A stretch of DNA of 64,000 nt from a virus. Shown here piece by piece: positions 40,296 to 50,587 of the stretch. Numbering within the stretch: the stretch's first letter is position 1; every line of letters starts with the position of its first letter. The stretch lies in IMG/VR virus record IMGVR_UViG_3300002052_000634, positions 36,618 through 100,617 of that record; one strand, written 5' to 3'. Position numbers and translations under genes: made by a program. Under the pieces are notes generated by a model. The model saw only the letters and a program-made list of their open reading frames with translations. It made no database searches and was not told where the DNA came from.

Positions 40296-41270
40296 ATGAA
40301 AAAATATAAATGGCTGACGTATATTTTGTTAATTTGTATATCGTTGACTTTATTTAGTCAGCAACTAGAAATAAGAAGTTATAATTCTTTGATAAAAGGA
40401 AATCAAGAAGTGATTACAGAACTTCAGGGATATACAGAAATGATAATAGGATTACTTCTACAGTTGGCTATAAAACAAAATATCATAGCTAATCAGGTAT
40501 CTGTCTTACAGGAAGAATCAGTAGAAAGAACCATCTACCCTGCTATCAGAAAACTTACTCACGTGATTTTGCAGTTAGTAAATAATCAGAAAGAAATGGC
40601 AACTTATTTAAGACAGAATATAGACCCGAAGCCTTTCTTTTTGAAATTAAAAATTGCTACAGTTGAAGTGAGAGTAGGTAAAGCAGGTGGAGCGGGGACA
40701 ATTATTAAAGTAACTGACGATTATCTTTATATTTTAACAGCTAAACATGTGGTAGATTGTAAAGGTGAAATTGAGATTCAGGCAACTAACGTTGAAAATC
40801 AATGCTTTGTAAGAATCAAAGATATTAATAGAGAAAATGTTTACAAAAGCGACGAAATAGATATGGCAGTTATTAAAGTTCCTAAACCAGAAGGTAAGTT
40901 TATTACGTTAGATTTAGCGACGGAAAGACCTGAAATCGGAACTAAAATTTATACAATAGGACACCCTCTTAGTATAGGTTATACTGTTCAAACAGGTATA
41001 GTTTCTAACTATACTAAAAGAAATTTTGGAGATAATAAAAAAGAATATATGATAATTTCTGCTCCTGCATTTAATGGTAATAGCGGAGGAGCATGTGTGA
41101 ATTGTTATAATGAAGTAATTGGTATAGTAGTTGGCATAGCGTATATAAGAGAAGAAAAATTATTTAATGATAATAATTTTTATATAACTCATATGGTATT
41201 TGTTGTAACGATAGATGATATAAATAAATTTATAGAGGAAGTAGAAATTGAAATATCCGATAATAACTGA
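40296..41270 (+). CDS. Trypsin-like serine protease with N-terminal anchor and coiled coil
   Basis: LTAKHVV, DMAV, GHP and GNSGG motifs. Confidence 0.9.
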   Translation: MKKYKWLTYILLICISLTLFSQQLEIRSYNSLIKGNQEVITELQGYTEMIIGLLLQLAIKQNIIANQVSVLQEESVERTIYPAIRKLTHVILQLVNNQKEMATYLRQNIDPKPFFLKLKIATVEVRVGKAGGAGTIIKVTDDYLYILTAKHVVDCKGEIEIQATNVENQCFVRIKDINRENVYKSDEIDMAVIKVPKPEGKFITLDLATERPEIGTKIYTIGHPLSIGYTVQTGIVSNYTKRNFGDNKKEYMIISAPAFNGNSGGACVNCYNEVIGIVVGIAYIREEKLFNDNNFYITHMVFVVTIDDINKFIEEVEIEISDNN

Positions 41271-41676
41271 TATTAATTTTCTTAGAAAAAGAAGTGAACC
41301 AGTTGAACAAGATAGAGTAACTTCTATAATTAAAGCTTTAGAAGATAGTCTTGATATTAAAAAGGGAGTTGGGTTAAGTGCTATACAAATAGGATTGCCT
41401 TTACGAGTAGGAATAATAAGATTACCTAATTGTAAATTTGATTTATGGAATTCTAAAATAATAGAAAAAAGTTATCGTTTTAGATTTCAAGGAGAAGGAT
41501 GTTTAAGTATTCCAGGAATTTATGTAGATACTATTAGATATAAAGAAATATTATTAGAGAATGGAGATGGCAGAAAATATTATTTGGAAGGAATAGAAGC
41601 TATAGTTTGCCAGCATGAAGTAGACCACTGCAACGGTATCACTATGTTAGATAGAAAATGGCGAAAGAGAAGATGA
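41248..41676 (+). CDS. def: Peptide deformylase
   Basis: GVGLSAIQIG, EGCLS and QHEVDH motifs. Confidence 0.92.
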   Translation: MKYPIITDINFLRKRSEPVEQDRVTSIIKALEDSLDIKKGVGLSAIQIGLPLRVGIIRLPNCKFDLWNSKIIEKSYRFRFQGEGCLSIPGIYVDTIRYKEILLENGDGRKYYLEGIEAIVCQHEVDHCNGITMLDRKWRKRR

Positions 41677-42110
41677 AAAATATTGATAAAGAAAAAATAA
41701 AGTTTTTTGGAAAAACTACTTATAAATTCTGTTCTAATTTTAAAATTAAAAAACCTATATTTATAAAACAAGACAGAAGACTAAAATCAACAACTGCTGG
41801 AATTTGGTTAGTTAATCATAAAAAAAATAATAGAAAGGGATACTGTATTAAATATAATCCTGAACATATATCTAAAATAGCATATTGGAAAATAACCTAT
41901 GTAATTTTACATGAATTAGGTCACGTTAAAACTAAACAATCTGGAAATGAATTTGATAATGAATATCGAGCAGAAAAATTTGCTCATGATATGATTAAAA
42001 AACATTTTTCTTTGCAGTATCCTAGATATTGTGAATATGTAGACTGGTATATAAATTATGCTAAAGAAGATATTTATAAAAAGGTATTTAGAAAATTAAG
42101 AAAGAATTAA
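41673..42110 (+). CDS. Zincin metallopeptidase (HExxH)
   Basis: LHELGH...E..AE.FA. Confidence 0.7.
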   Translation: MKNIDKEKIKFFGKTTYKFCSNFKIKKPIFIKQDRRLKSTTAGIWLVNHKKNNRKGYCIKYNPEHISKIAYWKITYVILHELGHVKTKQSGNEFDNEYRAEKFAHDMIKKHFSLQYPRYCEYVDWYINYAKEDIYKKVFRKLRKN

Positions 42111-42275
42111 TTAATGAAAAGCAATTGCTTATTTTGTAATCGAGTTATAAAAGAAAAGAAAAATACTCTTTGTTTCGAATGTAGAGTCAAAATGGTAAAA
42201 GAGGTCTTAAAACCTTCTTTTGAGTTGATTGTGGATTATAAGAATAAAATTTATAAAGTGGTAGAAAAAAAGTAA

Positions 42276-43502
42276 ATGATAAGAAATAAAATCAATAGAA
42301 AAATACCCCTAACGATAGCTTTATTATGTATTATTCAATATTTTAATCAAGGTATCAGTAGTTTACCTCAACAGAGTTTGTACTATTTGTTAAGAGAATA
42401 CTGGAACTTGTCAGCCAGTATAATAGGATTAATAAGTTGGATAATAGGATTAGCTTGGTATTTAAAAATTTTTGCAGGATATTTGATTGACAATGTAAGT
42501 ATAAAAGGAAAACGGACTACATATTATTTAAGAGGTAGTTATATTGGATTATTATTAGTTTATTTATATATCATCTTTTTTGGTTTTAATTTAATTAGTC
42601 TTATTATTACAGGAATAATTATAAATCTTTGTATAACATTTGCCGATGTTTCAGTTGATAGAGAAATGGTTATAGCTGAGTGTAAGTATAATTTACATGG
42701 ACGATTGCAATCGCTCCAATGGACAAGTCTTGGTATAGCAGGATTGATAGTAGCTCTTGGAGGAGCTTGGATTGCAAAATATTTTCCTGAACATATCAAT
42801 TATAAAATTGCTTATGGATTATCAAGTTTAGTTCCTTTAGGAATGTTAATTTATTTAATTAAAGGATTTAAAGAGAAAACGGTTAGAAAAATAAAGAAGA
42901 TTCTTTTTTTTCAGATATTAAAAAATAATTTGAAAAAAATTAACAATAAAAAATTATTATTAGGATTATTATTTGTTACTTGTTTACAGTTTTGTCCTTC
43001 TTTTGGAACAGTTTTAATGATAAAGATAAGAGAAAACTTACACATTGATAAAATGTTTTTAGGTTATTTAGGGGCTATGGGAACTGTTTTAGGAGTGGTC
43101 GGATATATTCTTTATTATAAATGGGCTTATAAATTTCCAATGAAACAATTATTATATTTTATGATATTATTTTCAACAATTACAAATTTATTTTATTTAT
43201 ATTTACCTAATAAATGGATTTTATTAGTTTATAATTTAGCGTTTGGGGCTTTTGGAGGAATTACTTTTATGACTTTATTAGCTTTCTTTGTAAAAATTAT
43301 TCCTATTGGTAGTGAAGCTTTTTTTTATGCCTTAATAACTTCAATTTCAAATTTTGCTTCCAGAGGAGGAAATTTTATAGGAGGAATTATTTACGATTGC
43401 AGTAATTATTCTATAACTGTAATCGTTAGCAGTATATGTACATTTCTATGTATATTTTTCATTCCTCATTTAAAAATTGGAGAAACACATGTTAATACCT
43501 AA
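42276..43502 (+). CDS. MFS transporter, folate/biopterin (BT1)-like
   Basis: About 12 TM segments with QGI..L, W.LK...G.L.D, FADV..D..MV and G.LQS.QW. Confidence 0.8.
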   Translation: MIRNKINRKIPLTIALLCIIQYFNQGISSLPQQSLYYLLREYWNLSASIIGLISWIIGLAWYLKIFAGYLIDNVSIKGKRTTYYLRGSYIGLLLVYLYIIFFGFNLISLIITGIIINLCITFADVSVDREMVIAECKYNLHGRLQSLQWTSLGIAGLIVALGGAWIAKYFPEHINYKIAYGLSSLVPLGMLIYLIKGFKEKTVRKIKKILFFQILKNNLKKINNKKLLLGLLFVTCLQFCPSFGTVLMIKIRENLHIDKMFLGYLGAMGTVLGVVGYILYYKWAYKFPMKQLLYFMILFSTITNLFYLYLPNKWILLVYNLAFGAFGGITFMTLLAFFVKIIPIGSEAFFYALITSISNFASRGGNFIGGIIYDCSNYSITVIVSSICTFLCIFFIPHLKIGETHVNT

Positions 43503-43749
43503 TTTGCTCTATGTAATTTCAGGTACATTATGGGCGATAGAATTATTACCTCAACTTTTACGAACCTATAAACGAAAAAAAGTAGGAGATATATCCTTAT
43601 TATTTTCTTTAATATGCTTTATATCATTTTTATGTTTTATGACAGCTATTATACTCTGTAAAAATTGGGTATTAGTATTTACTCATATATTTCCTTTTAT
43701 TTGTAATATTTTATTTTTGTTACAAGTACTTACATATAGGAGAAATTAA
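43489..43749 (+). CDS. PQ-loop / SemiSWEET-like transporter
   Basis: Three TM segments with LPQL.RTYKRK..GDIS. Confidence 0.8.
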   Translation: MLIPNLLYVISGTLWAIELLPQLLRTYKRKKVGDISLLFSLICFISFLCFMTAIILCKNWVLVFTHIFPFICNILFLLQVLTYRRN

Positions 43750-44540
43750 TGAAAAAATTAATTTTTATATGCGGTCTTTGTGTTATCGAGAACAAAAAAG
43801 AAACCATAAACATTGCTAAAAAATTGAAGGAGATAACTGACAAATATCCTGTTGAATTTATTTTTAAAGCGAGTTATGATAAAGCAAATAGAACTTCTGA
43901 CCTTTCATTTAGAGGAATCGGATTGATGCAAGGTATATATGTTTTAAGTGAAATTAAAGAAATGGGTATTAAAGTTTTGACAGATATTCATTGTTCTCAT
44001 CAAGTTAAAATGGCAGGGTGTTGTGCTGATGTTATTCAGATACCTGCATTTTTATGTAGACAAACTGATTTAGTTAAAGCAATCGGGGCGACAGGAAAAA
44101 CTGTCAATATTAAAAAAGGGCAGTTTCTTGCTCCAGAAGACGTAAAATATATAATTCAAAAGATAGAACATACAGGTAACAATGATATAATGATTACAGA
44201 ACGAGGTACGTGTTTTGGTTATCATAATTTAATCGTAGATTATCGTTCTTTTTTGATATTAAAGAAAATGGGTTATCCTGTCATTTTCGACGCAACTCAT
44301 GCCCAACAACGACCATCGGCAGGGGATGGAATATCAGAAGGTAATCGAGAATTTACAGAACCTATGATATTTGGAGCTATTGCTTGTGGAGTAGATGGAA
44401 TATTTATTGAAATCCATCCTGACCCGACAAAAGCAAAATCTGATAGTGCTACATCTCTTTATCTCGATAACGTAGAATCCTTATTGAAGAAAATGGTAGC
44501 AATTAAAAATGTTATCGAAACTTTGACAGAAAGCAAATAA
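43749..44540 (+). CDS. kdsA: KDO 8-phosphate synthase
   Basis: KASYDKANRTS..SFRG, QIPAFLCRQT, NIKKGQF, ERG..FGY, DATH and E.HPDP..A.SD motifs. Confidence 0.95.
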   Translation: MKKLIFICGLCVIENKKETINIAKKLKEITDKYPVEFIFKASYDKANRTSDLSFRGIGLMQGIYVLSEIKEMGIKVLTDIHCSHQVKMAGCCADVIQIPAFLCRQTDLVKAIGATGKTVNIKKGQFLAPEDVKYIIQKIEHTGNNDIMITERGTCFGYHNLIVDYRSFLILKKMGYPVIFDATHAQQRPSAGDGISEGNREFTEPMIFGAIACGVDGIFIEIHPDPTKAKSDSATSLYLDNVESLLKKMVAIKNVIETLTESK

Positions 44541-44551
44541 TATGATATAAT
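44523..44551 (+). promoter_or_regulatory. Consensus promoter
   Basis: TTGACA-17-TATAAT with TG. Confidence 0.75.
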
Positions 44552-44561
44552 AGGAGAAACA

Positions 44562-45194
44562 ATGGAAAACAAAAAAAGAAATCGTAGAAAGGCAGATAGA
44601 AAAGAGACTCCATTAAATCCTAATGCGATACTTGATAAAAGAAGGATAATTACTTTGTTTGGAGAAATCAATAAAGAACTCAGTAAAAAAGTTATAAAAG
44701 AATTAATTAAATTGGAAAATGTGTCTGATAAACCTATAACTTTATTAATAAATTCTCCAGGTGGAGATTGCACCGAAGGACTTGCAATCGTAGATGCTAT
44801 GAAGATGAGCAATAGCCCCATTAATACTATAATCACAGGAATGTCTGCTTCAATGGCAGGAATAATATCTATCTGTGGAGATATAAGAATGATAACTAAA
44901 AATGCTTTCTGGATGGCTCATCCAATGGCAGGGGGTACTTATGATTATAAACAACACGTAATAGATTATATAGATTTTTTGAAAAGATTAGACAAAAAAA
45001 TGGAAATAATATTAAACCAACATACAAAATTGACAGAGGAAGATATTGAAAAATTTACTCATGGACAGTTATGGTTAGATGCAGAAGACTGTATTAAGAA
45101 AGGCGTTTGTGACGAAATAATTAATAATGAATATGTTCAGCAGAGAATTCCATTATCGTTTCAAGTACAGAAAAAAAAGAAGGGAAAGAAATGA
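44562..45194 (+). CDS. clpP: ClpP-family protease
   Basis: INSPGG, ASMA (catalytic Ser), MAHP and WL.AE....G..D motifs. Confidence 0.85.
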   Translation: MENKKRNRRKADRKETPLNPNAILDKRRIITLFGEINKELSKKVIKELIKLENVSDKPITLLINSPGGDCTEGLAIVDAMKMSNSPINTIITGMSASMAGIISICGDIRMITKNAFWMAHPMAGGTYDYKQHVIDYIDFLKRLDKKMEIILNQHTKLTEEDIEKFTHGQLWLDAEDCIKKGVCDEIINNEYVQQRIPLSFQVQKKKKGKK

Positions 45195-45558
45195 AACATC
45201 CTGTATTAAAGTTAAAGAAAAAAACGAAATTAAAAGGAATTCGTAAAATAAAAAACGAAATTCGAGAAATAGTCCATGATTGCCTCCTAGATATAGAAGA
45301 CTATATTCTAAATGATATTATGAGTTATTTAAAAAAGATAGGGGTTATCTATGCGGAAAAGAAGACGAAGAATAAAAAGAAAAACAAAAGGAAAAAATAA
45401 AAATAGGAGAAAACGTAACTGGTGGATAAAACGGTATGATGTTCCAGTTACTCATAAATATACCCGACTTACTACAGAGTTAATTATTTTGTTGGAATTA
45501 TTATGGATAGCTATCGAAGTATCTTGGTTTGTAATTGATGTATTTATAAAGAGATAAA

Positions 45559-45996
45559 ATGGAAGATATATATATTCAATTAATTAAAATAGGACTATCA
45601 GTTTTTTTAGGTTTGTTTATAGGATTTGAAAGAGCACAGCAAGATAAACCTACAGGATTAAGAGACGTTGCTATGGTTACTTTAGGAGCTACGTTATTTG
45701 CAATTATAGGATTTGAATTTCATAACGAAATGAATATGGACATGACTCGTTTATTATATGCTCCTGTTATAGGTATTGGATTTATGGCAAGTGGCGTTAT
45801 CTTACAGAGCAAAACAAAAACCAAAGGACTAACGTCAGCAGGGGTGTTATGGGTTATGGTTGCAGTAGGGCTTCTTTGTGGTATAGGTAAATATATTTTA
45901 GCTATAATATCTTCTATAGTCATATATTTGTTACTTAAATTAAAATATGTAACTGTTAAAATAAGAAAGAGAAAAAAGAGATGCAAAATTCTATAA
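45559..45996 (+). CDS. MgtC/SapB family membrane protein
   Basis: IG.ER....P.GLR, GIGF...G.I and GLTSA..W....G...G motifs. Confidence 0.88.
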   Translation: MEDIYIQLIKIGLSVFLGLFIGFERAQQDKPTGLRDVAMVTLGATLFAIIGFEFHNEMNMDMTRLLYAPVIGIGFMASGVILQSKTKTKGLTSAGVLWVMVAVGLLCGIGKYILAIISSIVIYLLLKLKYVTVKIRKRKKRCKIL

Positions 45997-46191
45997 TTAT
46001 AAAAAGAAATGGGCACACTGTAGAATATATTCCTATTATAAAAAAATGTACTTATTATAGTCCCAATGAGAATGGAATATGTAGAAATTGTAATGGAACT
46101 GGCAAATATATTGATGGTTATTATATGATTTTGGATGGCATCGTAGGATTTATAGTAGATACTATTAAGTAGATTAAAGTAAGGATAAAAA

Positions 46192-48072
46192 ATGACGAAT
46201 ATTTCCAAACAAATAATTTTAAAATATTTGTTACCGTATCTCAAAGCGAAAGATATACCTTACAGAAAATGCGGTAAAGTAACAATGGTAAAATGTCCTT
46301 TCTGTGGGAAAGAACCTTTTACTGCTAATATACTTCCTAATACTAATATTGTAAAATGTTTACCATGCGAAAAGACATATAATCTTTTAGGTATTGTTAA
46401 AGAAGTTGAATTTAAAGATAAAGATAGTACAGAAGAAGACCTTATTCAACACGTAAAAGAATTATTAAATATAGATGTTACTACTGCAAAAGATGAAAAA
46501 GAAATAAGAAGACATTTAAATTTTTATGAACAACAAGGATTTGATTTAGTGCCCATTGTAAAAGGTAAGAAAATCCCTTGTGAAGCTGGATGGACAAATA
46601 AATCTCATAAAGATAAATCAGAATGGATACGTTGGTTGAATGACGGACTCAATATAGGAATTAAAACTGGTAGTAAAAGTAATATATTAATTCTAGATAT
46701 AGACCAAAAACCAGTACCAGAAGAACTAAAAAAATTATTAGAAAATACTTTAGTACAAGAAAGCACCAATGGATTTCATTATTTTTATAAATATGACGAA
46801 GAAATTCCTAAGACACGAATAGATGAATTTAAAATTGATGTAGAATCAGAAGGTGGTCAGGTGGTGATTTATCCAAGTATAATTCAAGGAATACAAAGAA
46901 AAATTTTAGAATTAAAGCCTATAATATCTTTACCTCCAGAATTAAAAAAACTGATAAAAGAAAAGATAACAGTAGCTAGAAAAACAGATAGCGAACAAAT
47001 AAGAGAAGATATAGAGACTGAAGCTTTCAATATGGGAATAGGAGTTCAAGGAAAACGGAATTCTTCTCTTATTAAATTAGGAGGAATAATTCGCAAACAT
47101 TTAAATGCGAAAAATACAGAAGCAATGCTTCATATAATAAATAATCACATATTTAAGACTCCTCTACCATTTAGAGAAGTTACTGCTATGGCGACTGAAT
47201 TAGATAAATATATCAAAATGGACAATCAAGAATTAGCTCACGAAATTTTGAAGTATTTAAAAGAAGTGGAAAGTTCTACTAAGAACGATATAGAATTGGC
47301 GGTAGTGGGAGGATTCACTTCTGGAGAAAAGAAAAAAATTGTAAATTCCACATTAAATTATTTACAGAGGGAAAATAAAATTATAAGAAAAGGGAAGTAT
47401 TATAAAGCTCTAAAAAGTATGGAATGGAAAGATAATATTTTGGATGCAGGTGAACCTGTTAAATTTAATGTTCCCTATTTACATGACATAGCTTTTTTCC
47501 AATATGAAGATTTAGTTGTCATAGGTTCTCAAAATAAATACGGGAAAACAATTCTCTGTATGAATATTATTAAAAGATTGGTTGAACAAGGATTAAAACC
47601 TTACTACATTTATAATGAAACAGGAGCAAGGTTCGCAAAGACAGCTTTGAAATTAGGAATGAAAGACGGAGATTTTAATCACGTCTTCGTAACTGACCCT
47701 GAAGAAGTTATATTTGAACATAATTCATTAGTTATTTTCGATTGGGTAAAGCCAACTGATTTTGCGAGAACTGATAATGTTTTTGCTAAGTTGATAGAGA
47801 AAGCGAAAAAGACCCATAGTTTTCTTATCTGTTTCGTTCAATTAAAGAAAGACAATTCTTTCTTTGCTCAGAATATGATAGGACAATTCCCTGCTTTACT
47901 TTGTAGATATTTATATGAAAAAGAAGACGACGGGACTTACACAAAATTCCAAATAGACGCTATGAGAGACCCGAAAATATTGAACGGAAAAAAGACATTT
48001 GAAATACCTTGTATGTATGATTGGAATACCAAAGAAGTCAAAACTATAGAAGAAATTAAAGGCGAAAAATAA
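46192..48072 (+). CDS. Zn-finger + Prim-Pol + PriCT + RecA-type helicase fusion
   Basis: CPFC/CLPC, K.P...W, NIGI.TG, LDID, STNG.H.FY, G.RN..L and Walker A GSQNKYGKT. Confidence 0.85.
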   Translation: MTNISKQIILKYLLPYLKAKDIPYRKCGKVTMVKCPFCGKEPFTANILPNTNIVKCLPCEKTYNLLGIVKEVEFKDKDSTEEDLIQHVKELLNIDVTTAKDEKEIRRHLNFYEQQGFDLVPIVKGKKIPCEAGWTNKSHKDKSEWIRWLNDGLNIGIKTGSKSNILILDIDQKPVPEELKKLLENTLVQESTNGFHYFYKYDEEIPKTRIDEFKIDVESEGGQVVIYPSIIQGIQRKILELKPIISLPPELKKLIKEKITVARKTDSEQIREDIETEAFNMGIGVQGKRNSSLIKLGGIIRKHLNAKNTEAMLHIINNHIFKTPLPFREVTAMATELDKYIKMDNQELAHEILKYLKEVESSTKNDIELAVVGGFTSGEKKKIVNSTLNYLQRENKIIRKGKYYKALKSMEWKDNILDAGEPVKFNVPYLHDIAFFQYEDLVVIGSQNKYGKTILCMNIIKRLVEQGLKPYYIYNETGARFAKTALKLGMKDGDFNHVFVTDPEEVIFEHNSLVIFDWVKPTDFARTDNVFAKLIEKAKKTHSFLICFVQLKKDNSFFAQNMIGQFPALLCRYLYEKEDDGTYTKFQIDAMRDPKILNGKKTFEIPCMYDWNTKEVKTIEEIKGEK

Positions 48073-48659
48073 TGATACTCACTTTGGACTTATCCACGAA
48101 ATGCACAGGATGGGCAAAGTTTACTAAAGACGGTAAACTGGTAAAAAGAGGACAAATAATTCCTGACAAAGATATTGGCATCTATCATAAGATTCAATAT
48201 ATCACTGACCAAGTTAAAAGCTTGTATGCAGGTGTCAATGAATTAGTGATAGAAGGATTATATTATGGAATAAATGTTAAAAGCCTTCTATTGCTTGCTA
48301 GATTAAGCGGAGCAGTTATTTACAGTTGGATGAGTTACAAATTTAGATTACCCATTATTTACACAGCGTCCCACGCTAGAAAATTGACAGGGATAAAAGG
48401 GAATTCTCATAAAGCAGAAATACAAATCTATGTGGTAAAAAAGTACAAGTATGCACCTAGTAGTGCAATTAGACATTATGAGAAATTGATAGAAGACAGT
48501 AGATTTGCATTAAAATTTAAGGAAATAAAAAAGAGCGGTTATAAATATCGTTTGAATAAAATCAGTAAGTTAATAATGGAAGAAACAGGAATCGGTGAAG
48601 ACCAAGCGGATGCGATAATCCTCGGACTTGCTTATATGGAGGATAAAAATGAGTCTTAA
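48072..48659 (+). CDS. RuvC-like Holliday junction resolvase
   Basis: LDLST..TG, VIE and EDQADAI motifs. Confidence 0.8.
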   Translation: MILTLDLSTKCTGWAKFTKDGKLVKRGQIIPDKDIGIYHKIQYITDQVKSLYAGVNELVIEGLYYGINVKSLLLLARLSGAVIYSWMSYKFRLPIIYTASHARKLTGIKGNSHKAEIQIYVVKKYKYAPSSAIRHYEKLIEDSRFALKFKEIKKSGYKYRLNKISKLIMEETGIGEDQADAIILGLAYMEDKNES

Positions 48660-48838
48660 TAATAAAACTTTGACATTTAAAAAATTAATAGAAGAAATTA
48701 TTAAAGAACATAATGAAATTTGGGGCGATATTTCTTGGAATTTACCGTTTCACCGTAGACCAAAAGGATACAATAATATGAATTTAAAAGAAGAAGATAT
48801 TATTGTAATAGCTTCTGGATTAAGTAGAAAGTTAAAAA

Positions 48839-49171
48839 ATGAGTGATAGAAAAAACAGTTTAGAAAGATACATTGTAGAGAAATTGTTACCTCTCGACCC
48901 TTACGCAAGACCAACTAGAGGTTCGGGTTGTGGTAATGAGAATTTAGACGTATCTAATAAATTCTTCTACATAGAATGTAAACAGAAACTTACAAAAGAT
49001 AATATTATAGTTGACTATAAAAAAGAGTGGTTAAAATCTCTCAACTCTATGCCAGTAAATACATTAAAACCTCTTATAATCGTGACCGAAAATAAACATG
49101 GAGAACGATTTGTAACTTTAAGTGCAGAAGATTTTTTTGAATTAGTCTATGAGGCAAAAGATGACAGATAG
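48839..49171 (+). CDS. Hjc-like PD-(D/E)xK resolvase
   Basis: LER, GSG, LD and IECK motifs. Confidence 0.7.
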   Translation: MSDRKNSLERYIVEKLLPLDPYARPTRGSGCGNENLDVSNKFFYIECKQKLTKDNIIVDYKKEWLKSLNSMPVNTLKPLIIVTENKHGERFVTLSAEDFFELVYEAKDDR

Positions 49172-49655
49172 CGAAATATTAAAAAAAGCTATAGAAAAAG
49201 CTATTGCTAGTGGTTGGAATTATAAAGAAATCTATTGTAATTGGCTAATAGAAGATTTCTTAAAAGGGAAATTAAAATTGAACGATAACCATATTAATGA
49301 CTATAATGGTATGGTTAATATTAATGAAATCATTTTTAATCGTAATTTCGCTAAAGTATTTTGGGGAGACATACAAATAAACGAAGAAGATGAAAATGGA
49401 AATGTAATATCTTATTTTACATTTTCAGATGTCTCTCCAGAAGTTAGATATGATTGGGAAGCTCATTTACAGAAAATGGTATTAGAAAAAGAACCTTTAA
49501 AATATCTTGAAAGGTTTTTAGATGAAGATTAGTCCTTATTTTACTATATCACAAGCTAAAAAAGCGATAAGACCAACTTTATATTGGGTTAGACGAAAAT
49601 TAGTTAGACAATTATATTTTTTAAAACAAGAACTGATTCAAGAGTTAAACAAATC

Positions 49656-50387
49656 TTGGCTAACAAAATGGATGAAAATATTTATATGAATAATTTTCAA
49701 GACAAAATAAAAGCATTAGAACAACAATATCGTAATATACCTAATTTCAAAACTTCTAAACTTATTCCTACTGGTATAAAAGAGTTAGATGGAATATTAG
49801 ACGGTGGATTTCCAAGAGGTAATATTATAGAAATTTTTGGAGACCATTCGGTAGGAAAGACAACACTTGCTTGGCAAATAATTAAATCGGCTCAAAAACA
49901 AGAACTTATTAGTCTTTATTTCGATTGTGATTATAGTTGGAATTCTAAATATGCTAAACAAATAGGCATAGATATAGATAAATCTGATGTAGTAATAGCT
50001 AAACCTAATGAACAATGGTTACAAGCCATTACTCATTTAATTAATAAAGGACTTATAGACGTATTAGTAATAGATACGGTATCATCTTTAGCAATAGATA
50101 AAGAGAGATTGTTAGATATTTTGAAGAGATTATCGAAAAAAATTAAAGAAAATAATGTTTTGGTAATTTTATTGAATCAAGTTCGCACTAGTTTTAATCA
50201 TAAAATTGTTGTAATGTATGAACAGTTAATGAAATTATATGGAACGATTAGGATATACTTAACCCATAAAGAATATAAGACAAAACATTTTAATAATATA
50301 ACGAAAATTATTCAGGCAGATATTATACAGAATAAATTGGATAATTGTCAATCAGCAACTTTTACAATAGAAGTGCAAAATGGATAA
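49656..50387 (+). CDS. Short RecA paralogue
   Basis: PTG..ELD..L.GGFPRG..IEIFG..SVGKTT, VIDT and NQVR motifs. Confidence 0.85.
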   Translation: MANKMDENIYMNNFQDKIKALEQQYRNIPNFKTSKLIPTGIKELDGILDGGFPRGNIIEIFGDHSVGKTTLAWQIIKSAQKQELISLYFDCDYSWNSKYAKQIGIDIDKSDVVIAKPNEQWLQAITHLINKGLIDVLVIDTVSSLAIDKERLLDILKRLSKKIKENNVLVILLNQVRTSFNHKIVVMYEQLMKLYGTIRIYLTHKEYKTKHFNNITKIIQADIIQNKLDNCQSATFTIEVQNG

Positions 50388-50587
50388 TAAATGGATTAAA
50401 GAATTTGAAGATGAATTAGTCATTTTTAGAGGACATATTGACCCTGATTTTAATAATCATAGTCTATTAGCTTTATTAGAAAAAAATTTAAATTGGAATA
50501 CTAACGAAGAAAATAAATTTTTACGTTCAACAATTGAAGTCAGAGTTAGTTCTAGTAAAGGAGCTATATTGATTGAAAGGATAAATA

